NCBI GenBank assembly: GCA_902801025.1
Contig: CADCGZ010000010.1
Span: forward strand, 1,551 to 65,550
Length of the DNA: 64,000 nt
Direction of reading: 5' to 3'
From: an uncultured bacterium
GTDB lineage: Bacteria > Verrucomicrobiota > Kiritimatiellia > RFP12 > UBA1067
Shown: positions 1 to 6,974 of the stretch, piece by piece
Numbering within the stretch: position 1 is the first letter of the stretch
Layout of the letters: each line of letters opens with the position of its first letter
The notes under the pieces: generated by a model
Seen by the model: the letters and a program-made list of their open reading frames with translations, nothing else
Told to the model about the DNA's origin: nothing
The model's database searches: none
Program-made: the position numbers and the translations under genes

Positions 1-473
1 TCGTATGAGTCTGGTATAAGGTCCACCGGTTCGAGGAGGACTCCGGCGATGCGACGCTCCACGTATGCCTTTGCGAGCGAGACGGCCCACTTGCCCCTGT
101 CCGCCGTGGCCTCGGGCTCTGAGCCGTCGCCCAGGAGCACGTCGTATCCCTTCGCATGGGCAACCGCCGCGATGGCGTCGCACAGGCGCGTGAAGAAGTC
201 TATCTTGCGGTAGTCGGGCGCTATGACGCCGATTGCGCCTGTCGCGTTCCGCGCGGCGAAAGTGAGATACGACCCCGAGCCGGAGCGAGATTCGAGAAGG
301 CCTTCGCGCTTCAGCTCTCGGAGGGCGCGTTCGATGGTCGGACGGCTCACCCCGAATCGGCGCACGAGAGACTCTTCGCTTGGGAACCGTTCCTGCGACT
401 CGTACTTCCCGGCGAGGATGTCGCGCTTGAGCGCTTCTGCTATCAAGAGGTACTTTGCTTCTGGCTTGTCCAT
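1..473 (-). CDS. GntR-family transcriptional regulator with PBP1 (LacI-like) sugar-binding domain; only the 5' part of the gene is in the window, the 3' end runs off the window start
   Basis: Absent from the ORF track because it has no stop in the window. My reverse-strand translation from the ATG (complement of 471-473) reads MDKPEAKYLLIAEALKRDILAGKYESQERFPSEESLVRRFGVSRPTIERALRELKREGLLESRSGSGSYL, a GntR winged-helix signature. It continues AIGVIAPDY...GYDVLLGDG, which is PBP1-like. It is divergent to the ribokinase operon. Confidence 0.8.
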   Translation of the reverse strand, partial: MDKPEAKYLLIAEALKRDILAGKYESQERFPSEESLVRRFGVSRPTIERALRELKREGLLESRSGSGSYLTFAARNATGAIGVIAPDYRKIDFFTRLCDAIAAVAHAKGYDVLLGDGSEPEATADRGKWAVSLAKAYVERRIAGVLLEPVDLIPDSY

Positions 474-479
474 GCTGGC

Positions 480-488
480 ATTATAGCA
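480..488 (-). promoter_or_regulatory. Extended -10 promoter (TGCTATAAT read on the minus strand) for the GntR-type regulator; predicts a leaderless mRNA
   Basis: The reverse complement of 480-488 is TGCTATAAT. Six nt (GCCAGC) follow, then the ATG at 473-471. There is no Shine-Dalgarno sequence. Confidence 0.5.
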
Positions 489-561
489 TATTTTGCAATT
501 GCTTCATCAACCTGCCAAAGCAGGTTTATCGCGCTTGCGCATTGAAGTGGATGGCGAATAA

Positions 562-570
562 TGCTAAAAT
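562..570 (+). promoter_or_regulatory. Extended -10 promoter (TGCTAAAAT) for the ribokinase operon
   Basis: TGCTAAAAT lies at 562-570 and the ATG at 580, so the leader is at most about 3 nt. No SD is visible. Confidence 0.45.
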
Positions 571-579
571 TGCCGCATC

Positions 580-1545
580 ATGAAAAAAATAGTAGTTCTT
601 GGGTCGACCAACACCGACATGGTAATTGCGGGGAAGAAGATTCCCGTGCCCGGCGAGACAGTGTGCGGCGGGAGCTTCCTCATGAACCCGGGCGGAAAGG
701 GTGCGAACCAGGCGGTCGCCGTGGCGCGGCTCTCCGCGAAGAAGGGCGCTTGCATCTTCATCGCCAAAGTCGGCGATGATCTCTTCGGGCGCGAGACAGC
801 GACGCGGCTCAGGCGCGACGGCATATTGCCGCGCCTTGTCGTCGACAGGAAGGAAGCGTCCGGAACGGCGCTCATCCTCGTCGATTCGAAGGGGCAGAAC
901 GTCATATCCGTCGCACTTGGCGCGAACGGCACGCTTTCGCCAAAGGACGTCACGCCGTTCAGGAAGGATATCGAAGGTGCGGCGGCGCTCGTCATGCAGC
1001 TCGAAACGCCACTCAAGACGGTCGAGTGGGCGGCGAAGGTTGCGCATGACGCGGGCGTTCCGGTTATTCTCAACCCGGCTCCTGCGCAGAAGCTTCCCAA
1101 GTCGCTATATCCGCTTGTCGACTGGATCACGCCTAATGAGACGGAAGCGGAGTTGCTGACCGGCGTGAAGGTCGTCGATGCCGCAAGCGCGGCAAAGGCG
1201 ACTGCCGTCCTCAAGAAGCGCGGCGTCGGGCACGTCGTCATCACGATGGGCTCGAAGGGCGCCTATTGCGGCGACATAACCGCTCCTTGCGGGCGCTTGC
1301 GACCCATGGGGAAGCAAGCAGGCCGAGCGGAGCGAGAGCCGAGCGGAAGGCTCTATCCGTGCCGCAAGGTTAAGGCGGTCGACTGCGTTGCGGCCGGCGA
1401 CACGTTCAATGGCGCGTTTGCCGTCGCGCTTGCCGAGGGCAGGACGTGCGCCGACGCCATCGCCTTCGCGCAGAAGGCGTCCGCGATTTCAGTAACGCGC
1501 CCCGGCGCACAGTCGTCGGTTCCGTTTAGAAAGGAGATAAAGTAA
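580..1545 (+). CDS. rbsK: Ribokinase (PfkB family) with a ~20-aa in-frame insertion
   Basis: MKKIVVLGSTNTDMVI...GGKGANQAVAVARL matches the ribokinase N-terminus. The C-terminal motif AVDCVAAGDTFNGAFAVALAEG...SVTRPGAQSSVP is the PfkB anion-hole/ATP motif. Confidence 0.85.
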   Translation: MKKIVVLGSTNTDMVIAGKKIPVPGETVCGGSFLMNPGGKGANQAVAVARLSAKKGACIFIAKVGDDLFGRETATRLRRDGILPRLVVDRKEASGTALILVDSKGQNVISVALGANGTLSPKDVTPFRKDIEGAAALVMQLETPLKTVEWAAKVAHDAGVPVILNPAPAQKLPKSLYPLVDWITPNETEAELLTGVKVVDAASAAKATAVLKKRGVGHVVITMGSKGAYCGDITAPCGRLRPMGKQAGRAEREPSGRLYPCRKVKAVDCVAAGDTFNGAFAVALAEGRTCADAIAFAQKASAISVTRPGAQSSVPFRKEIK

Positions 1546-2564
1546 TGTACTACTGCAGCAACTACGTAACCGCCGTTCTCCTCTGTGTCGTAACCATGTT
1601 CTGCTGGGGCAGCTGGGGCAACACCCAGAAGCTCGCGGGCAAAACCTGGCGCTTCGAGCTTTTCTACTGGGACTATGTGCTTGGGCTTGTCCTCTTTGCA
1701 GTCCTCGCCGGCTTTACGGCAGGCTCGCTCGGCGGCGGACCGTGGAGCTTCGTCGAGAACATCAAATCCAGTTCGCCGTCGCAGTGGGTTTGGCCGTTCC
1801 TCGGCGGAATCGTGTTCAATGCCTCCAACATCCTCCTTTCGGCGGCGATTGCCGTCGCCGGCATGTCGGTTGCATTCCCTGTCGGCGTGGGCCTTGCGCT
1901 TGTCGGCGGCACTGTCGCCAACTGGTTCGTGGACGGGAAGGGAAATCCGTGGCTGATCTGGACTGGCCTTGCGATCATCGTCGTGTCAATCGTCTGCAAC
2001 GCGCTCGCGTTCAAGGCGAAGCAGGACGCATCCGGCGGCGCGTCGGATTCCTCCACGGTGAAGAAGGGCCTTGTGCTCGCCATCTGCGCCGGTCTTCTTA
2101 TGAGCTGGTTCTCGCCGCTCGTCAACCGCGTGGTGGACATGGGCTTTGCGAACGCTGCGCCGGAAGCCGGCAAGATGACGCCCTACACGGCGTTCTTCGT
2201 GTTCACGCTCGGCGTCTTCGCATCCAACTTCGTCTTCAACACGATCATGATGAAGAAGCCAGTTTCAGGCGAGCCCGTCAATATCTCGGCGTGGTTCAAG
2301 GGCAATCCGCTCGTCCACTTCGTCGGCATCCTCGGCGGCTGCATCTGGGCGACGGGCACGCTTCTGTCGTTCGTTACGGCGGGAACCGCCGGCGCGGCGA
2401 TCGCGTATGCGCTCGGACAGGGCGCGACGCTCGTCTCGGCCCTCTGGGGCATCCTCGTGTGGCGCGAGTTCAAGGGCGCGCCCAAGTCGGCCGGCATCCT
2501 GAACTTCTCGATGATAGTCCTGTTCCTCGCGGGCATTGCGCTTCTGATCGTTGCTGGGCAGTAG
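1545..2564 (+). CDS. Polytopic sugar permease (DMT-superfamily, GRP/RbsU-GlcU-like)
   Basis: 339 aa with about 10 hydrophobic segments. The start overlaps the rbsK stop (TAATG). The family call comes from context and composition only. Confidence 0.55.
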   Translation: MYYCSNYVTAVLLCVVTMFCWGSWGNTQKLAGKTWRFELFYWDYVLGLVLFAVLAGFTAGSLGGGPWSFVENIKSSSPSQWVWPFLGGIVFNASNILLSAAIAVAGMSVAFPVGVGLALVGGTVANWFVDGKGNPWLIWTGLAIIVVSIVCNALAFKAKQDASGGASDSSTVKKGLVLAICAGLLMSWFSPLVNRVVDMGFANAAPEAGKMTPYTAFFVFTLGVFASNFVFNTIMMKKPVSGEPVNISAWFKGNPLVHFVGILGGCIWATGTLLSFVTAGTAGAAIAYALGQGATLVSALWGILVWREFKGAPKSAGILNFSMIVLFLAGIALLIVAGQ

Positions 2565-2617
2565 GGGGAGAGTGTGTAAAGTTGAAAGTGTAAAGTGCAA
2601 AACGGAGATATGAAACC

Positions 2618-3766
2618 GTGAATACAGTTTCTGAATGCATGAAGCACCGCATGGCGCTTGCCGGTTCGCTACTTCTTGCCCTCGCGTTTGCGTGGTCGTC
2701 GTCCGCGGAGCCGGTGAAGGTCATCTTCGACACGGACATGATCACCGACTTTGACGACGTTGGCGCGCTCGCGTGCCTGCATGCTCTTGCGGATGCGGGT
2801 GAGTGCGAGATCCTCGCGACGATAAGCTCGACTCGCGGCAACGCGTCAGTCGGCGCCGTCGAGGTGATAAACCACTACTACGGACGCGGAGGCCTTCCCG
2901 TCGGCGCGCCGAAGGGCATGGGCGTGATGGGCGCGCATCCCGGCGCGAAGACAAAGGTCGACCCGTCTGCCCCGCTCGGCGAGAAGACCGGCAACGACGG
3001 CGGGCACTACAAGTACCGCAAGTTGCTCGCGGACTACCCCGGCTGGTACCGCCACGCCGATTCCGACGACGCGCCCGATGCGAACGAGACCTATCGCCGC
3101 GTACTTGCGGCCCAGCCGGACGGGAGCGTCGTCATCTGCTCCGTTGGCTTCATAACGAACATGCGCCGCCTCCTTGAGACGAAGCCCGACGACATTTCCC
3201 CGCTCGACGGCAAGGCGCTCGTCGCGAAGAAGGTGAAGCTGTGGGTCGCAATGGCGTGCCAGTATCCAAACGGCAGGGAATACAACGCGAAGTGGGATCC
3301 GGAGTCGTCGCGCATAGCGTTCAGCCAGTGGCCGACGCCTGTCGTATTTTCAGATGCGAAGTATGGGCGTGACTGCTTCGCGGGGCGCGCCGTCGCAGAG
3401 ATGGACGTCGAGCGCAGCCCTGTCAAGGACGTGTTCGCGGGCAACATCCCGTCGCGGGAGGAGATACGCGCCGATTCCGCGAAGTGGCTCCAGAGGTGTT
3501 TTGGCATGGGCGGGCGCGCCGCGTGGGACGAGACGGCTGTGCTTGTGGCGGTGCGCGGAATCGAGCCATATTTCAACGCCGAGCGCGGCACCTACCGCAT
3601 GGTCGGCAGCAAGGGCGACGACGAATGGGCGCCCGATGCCGAGAACGGGCCGCACCTGCGCATTACCGAGCGCATGCCCAAGGCCGAGGTTGCCAGAGTT
3701 ATCGACGAACTGATGACCCGAAAGCCACAACTATGGCGACATCATCAAAGGACAGAACAGGACTGA
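2618..3766 (+). CDS. Exported inosine-uridine-preferring nucleoside hydrolase (IUNH)-like protein
   Basis: A GTG start lies 9 nt after GGAGA (2604-2608). The signal peptide is MKHRMALAGSLLLALAFAWSSSA. VKVIFDTDMITDFDDVGAL matches the IUNH N-terminal DxDxxxDD metal/ribose motif. Confidence 0.7.
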   Translation: MNTVSECMKHRMALAGSLLLALAFAWSSSAEPVKVIFDTDMITDFDDVGALACLHALADAGECEILATISSTRGNASVGAVEVINHYYGRGGLPVGAPKGMGVMGAHPGAKTKVDPSAPLGEKTGNDGGHYKYRKLLADYPGWYRHADSDDAPDANETYRRVLAAQPDGSVVICSVGFITNMRRLLETKPDDISPLDGKALVAKKVKLWVAMACQYPNGREYNAKWDPESSRIAFSQWPTPVVFSDAKYGRDCFAGRAVAEMDVERSPVKDVFAGNIPSREEIRADSAKWLQRCFGMGGRAAWDETAVLVAVRGIEPYFNAERGTYRMVGSKGDDEWAPDAENGPHLRITERMPKAEVARVIDELMTRKPQLWRHHQRTEQD

Positions 3767-4692
3767 TGGCGTGGCATTCGCCCAAGGCGGAACGCCGCAG
3801 GAATTTCGCGACGTTTGCCGTGTTGACGTTGGCGTCGCTTGTCATGGCCGTCAACTACCGCACGTTCGTCGCGTGGGGAGGGCTGTATCCCGCAGGGGCG
3901 ACGGGGCTTTCGATGCTTGTCCAGCGCATCCTGCAGAAGGTCGTCGACATAAACGGCTGGGGATGGACAGTCCCGTTCTCGCCGATAAACCTCGCGCTGA
4001 ACGCAGTGCCTGTCTGGATCGGCTTCCGCTACATCGGCCGCAGATTCACGATGTGGTCGCTCTACGTCATCTTCATGACTGGCGTCCTGACCGACATCCT
4101 GCCGGTCAACGCGCTCACCTCGTTCATGTCGGAGGGGGATTTGTCGCGCCTCGCGACAGACCCGTTCGTGACGAGCATCTTTGGTGGCATTGTGTTTGGA
4201 TTCGCGATGGCTCTCTGCCTCAGGTGGAATGCGACTACGGGCGGAACTGACTTCATCGCCATATACCTCTCCGAGCAGAAGGGGCGCGAGACGTGGAACA
4301 TCATACTTGCGCTCAACGCCTGCATACTTCTCGCCGGCGGCTTCGTCTTCGGGTGGCCGGGTGCGCTCTATTCCATCGTCTACCAGTTCGTGACGCTCCA
4401 GGTCGTGCACCTCATGTACCGGACCTACCAGTACCAGACGCTCATAATCGTGACGAGCGAGCCGAAGCGCATCTGCGAGGCCATCTACCGTGTCAGCCAC
4501 CACGGGGCGACGGTCATGCGCGGGATCGGAGGGTATTCCGGCAAGCCAGAGGGCATCGTCTATTCCGTCGTGGCGGCGGACGACACGCCGTGCATATACG
4601 CAATCTGCAAGAAGATCGACCCGCAGGCGTTCATAAACACGATGAGCACGTCTCGCGTCATCGGAAGGTTCTACTTGAGGCCGAGGGACTGA
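3766..4692 (+). CDS. YitT-family integral membrane protein (DUF2179 C-terminal domain)
   Basis: Start chosen at the TGATG overlap with the upstream stop; an alternative ATG is at 3733. Sequence blocks: NFATFAVLTLASLVMAVNYRTFV...GGTDFIAIYLS...LIIVTSEP..I...HGATVMRGIGGYSG. Confidence 0.65.
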   Translation: MAWHSPKAERRRNFATFAVLTLASLVMAVNYRTFVAWGGLYPAGATGLSMLVQRILQKVVDINGWGWTVPFSPINLALNAVPVWIGFRYIGRRFTMWSLYVIFMTGVLTDILPVNALTSFMSEGDLSRLATDPFVTSIFGGIVFGFAMALCLRWNATTGGTDFIAIYLSEQKGRETWNIILALNACILLAGGFVFGWPGALYSIVYQFVTLQVVHLMYRTYQYQTLIIVTSEPKRICEAIYRVSHHGATVMRGIGGYSGKPEGIVYSVVAADDTPCIYAICKKIDPQAFINTMSTSRVIGRFYLRPRD

Positions 4693-4714
4693 ACATAGTC
4701 AGGGAGGAGATGAA

Positions 4715-6265
4715 ATGAAGGACGATGGCAGGAGAGCCGCGGCCGGCGGGCCTGAAGAAGGGCGCAAGACGCTTTTGGAGAGAATGGCGGCAAAGGTGCC
4801 GGATCCTGTGGTGCTGTTCATCCTGATGTACGCGGTGCTGTTCGTGGTGACGATTTTCGCCGGCGGCACGACGTTCTCCCTGCCCGGAATAGACCCTGCG
4901 ACCGGCGCCGCGATCCAGGTCGAGCGCACGATCCGCAATATGTCGGATGTCGCGAACATCCAGTGGATCTTCGACAACGCGATCGTGGACAACTGGCTCG
5001 CCTACGCGCACGGGCTAATCGGCATTCTTGTCGTCGCAATGCTCGGCATCGGGACGGCCGAGGGCAGTGGCCTTTTCTCGGTGCTGCTCAAGCTTGCCGG
5101 GGGCAAAGTCAACGAGCGGGTGCTGCCGTACATCATCGTATTCGCCGGCGTTCTTTCGAATGTCGCTGCGGACGCTGGGTATGTCGTCCTGATACCGCTG
5201 GCGGCTGCGCTCTACTGCGCCATGGGGCGCAATCCGCTTATTGGCGTCGCGGCGTCGTTCGCGGGCGTGAGCGCGGGCTTTGGCGCGAACATCATCCCCG
5301 CAACGACGTCGGACCTACTCATCGGCCTTCCGACGAAGGGCTTTGCGCTTGCGCAGGGCGTTCCCTGGCTGTCGCGCCTCGGTGCGCCGCTGAACGAGGC
5401 TACGATGGACTATTTCTACACCTGCTCGCTTGTGTTTGTCTTCACGCTGCTGGGCGGATGGGTCACGAATCGGTTCGTCGCGCCGAAGCTTGAGAAGCTG
5501 TCGTGGAGCGTGCCGGAGGAAATGGCTGGGGAGAAGTTTGCGGTATCCCGCGAGGAGGTCAGGGACCTCAAGTGGGCGCTCCTGGGCCTTGTTGTTGCCG
5601 CGTGCGTCATACTGCCGCTCGGCCTTGGCCCGCTCAAGGGACATTTCGCGAAGAACGTGATACTGTTCGTCTCGTTCGCATTTTTCATGGCGGGGCTCTT
5701 CTACGGCGTGAGGCGCGGGAAGTACCGCGCCGCGCAGGACGTAGTCGCCGCGATGACGAGGCAGGTGAAGGAGCTCGGGTACATGTTCGTCCTCACGTTC
5801 TTCTGCTTCAACTTCCTCGCGCTCCTCACCTACTCTGGCGTCGGTGCGTACATCACCTACGCAGGCGTCAAGGCCATCCTCGCGCTCAACCTCGAGTCAT
5901 CGCCGGTTCTTCTGCTTGTCGCGTTCATCCTGATGGGATCGTTCGTCAACCTGTTCGTGGCGAGCCTTTCCGCGAAGTGGCTGATGCTCGGGCCGATATT
6001 CATTCCGATGCTATACCACGTGAACCCGTCGCTTACGCCCGAGGTCGTGTGCGCGGCCTACCGCACTGCCGACCCCTGCACGAACATCGTGACGCCCGTG
6101 ATGACCTACGCCGGCGTCATACTGCTCTTCTGCCGCCGCTACAGGCCGCAGTTCACCATCGGCGACCTCGCCCTGATGATGACGCCGTACGCAGGCGTGT
6201 TCCTCGTCGTGGCGACGACGGTCATGCTCCTCTGGTTCAAGCTCGGCATTCCGTTCGGGTTCTGA
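4715..6265 (+). CDS. AbgT-family (aminobenzoyl-glutamate/short-peptide type) transporter
   Basis: 516 aa polytopic protein. SD AGGGAGGAG at 4701-4709. LERMAAKVPDPVVLFILMYAVLFV...GTAEGSGLF resembles AbgT N-terminal blocks. Confidence 0.75.
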   Translation: MKDDGRRAAAGGPEEGRKTLLERMAAKVPDPVVLFILMYAVLFVVTIFAGGTTFSLPGIDPATGAAIQVERTIRNMSDVANIQWIFDNAIVDNWLAYAHGLIGILVVAMLGIGTAEGSGLFSVLLKLAGGKVNERVLPYIIVFAGVLSNVAADAGYVVLIPLAAALYCAMGRNPLIGVAASFAGVSAGFGANIIPATTSDLLIGLPTKGFALAQGVPWLSRLGAPLNEATMDYFYTCSLVFVFTLLGGWVTNRFVAPKLEKLSWSVPEEMAGEKFAVSREEVRDLKWALLGLVVAACVILPLGLGPLKGHFAKNVILFVSFAFFMAGLFYGVRRGKYRAAQDVVAAMTRQVKELGYMFVLTFFCFNFLALLTYSGVGAYITYAGVKAILALNLESSPVLLLVAFILMGSFVNLFVASLSAKWLMLGPIFIPMLYHVNPSLTPEVVCAAYRTADPCTNIVTPVMTYAGVILLFCRRYRPQFTIGDLALMMTPYAGVFLVVATTVMLLWFKLGIPFGF

Positions 6266-6750
6266 TTCGTCTGTTCTCGCAGTTGTCATTTTGCCGTTCC
6301 GCCGCGAACAGTATAGCAAATAACAGTTTGACGCGACATGGTTACGGCTGTGGCGGAATAAAGTCGGATAGCGTCTTGTGGCGTCGGCAGCGTGTTGTGG
6401 ACGCGGCGGCAGTGAGGCGGTGGAGCGAAGACCTGGGCGAATGGATACGGCGTATTCGCCGAGGCTCCATGAGCTTTCGGCCGCCGCCTCACGAATCCTT
6501 TTGCGAGTGGTTGAGTTGTGGTTGAGGCATAGTTGAGTCGGAATCGTCCTTTGATTCGACACGAAGGATGGTTGAGTCATGGGTGTTCGCCAAGCGCGGG
6601 ATCGTCCGTCTGGCGGCTTCGGACGGCTGGAATGTTATTGGGAAACGATTGCGGCGTGGTTGTGATTGGCTCGTGATTGTTGGATGGTTGGCGGCGTCAA
6701 TATCGGGATTGGGAAATGGTTGAAGCCAGCCAACTTTTACCCGTAATGCC

Positions 6751-6794
6751 AAAAATACGGCCGCGCGGCACATTTGCCGCGCGGCCGTATTTTT
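6751..6794. terminator. Strong bidirectional intrinsic terminator
   Basis: Perfect 16-bp stem ATACGGCCGCGCGGCA (6755-6770) / TGCCGCGCGGCCGTAT (6775-6790) with a 4-nt loop. It is flanked by AAAA upstream and TTTT downstream. Confidence 0.85.
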
Positions 6795-6881
6795 GTACGC
6801 GGCGTTGAAAATCGCGCAGCACGAAGGGAGGCATTGCTGCGCCCAAGTCTGGTGACGTGTCAAAGTCGGTAGCTCGGCACG

Positions 6882-6945
6882 GCGCATTTTTCACGGTGGA
6901 TTTTGCGCAGAATTCACTGTTCCAGCTTCGCTCATATGGTATAAT
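6882..6945 (+). promoter_or_regulatory. Direct-repeat operator + extended -10 promoter, site a (drives the GH2-PA14 unit)
   Basis: GCGCATTTTTCAC (6882-6894) and GCGCAGAATTCAC (6905-6917) are phased 23 nt apart. N19 follows, then TGGTATAAT (6937-6945). Confidence 0.6.
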
Positions 6946-6974
6946 TCAAGCAGCGAACAAAAGGAGCATTCATC

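Noticed and set aside
156-545. Plus-strand ORFs 156-545 and 223-486 at the window start.
   Set aside because: They overlap the minus-strand GntR-type gene, whose translation shows a clean winged-helix signature. The + strand products have no motif and run through the intergenic promoter region.
3484-3765. 5' extension of the YitT-like ORF (track start 3484).
   Set aside because: The extension overlaps the 3' end of the nucleoside-hydrolase-like gene in another frame and encodes an Arg-rich non-membrane stretch. The hydrophobic YitT-like sequence begins after the TGATG junction at 3766 (alternative ATG at 3733).
6509-6580. GGTTGAG repeats as a CRISPR array or minisatellite.
   Set aside because: The repeat unit is only 7 nt with 4-nt spacers, there are at most four copies, and no cas genes are present. 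This is far below CRISPR repeat and spacer dimensions.
6266-6750. Possible tmRNA, RNase P RNA, SRP RNA or tRNA in the long non-coding region (for example GATTCGAC at 6553-6560, GGAATAAAGTCGGAT at about 6354-6368).
   Set aside because: These are only short chance resemblances. There is no tRNA-like 3' end (TCCACCA) or tag ORF for tmRNA, no second P4 strand or GGU-loop motifs for RNase P, and no SRP domain IV motif. The region is kept only as an unclassified candidate RNA.
6489-6894. Minus-strand ORFs 6489-6887 (132 aa), 6697-6894 (65 aa) and 6286-6492 (68 aa) in the non-coding region.
   Set aside because: They have no SD or promoter context. They read through the 16-bp terminator stem or the operator repeats. 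Their composition is atypical (Pro/Gln/Thr/Ser-rich, Cys pairs) with no recognisable fold signature.
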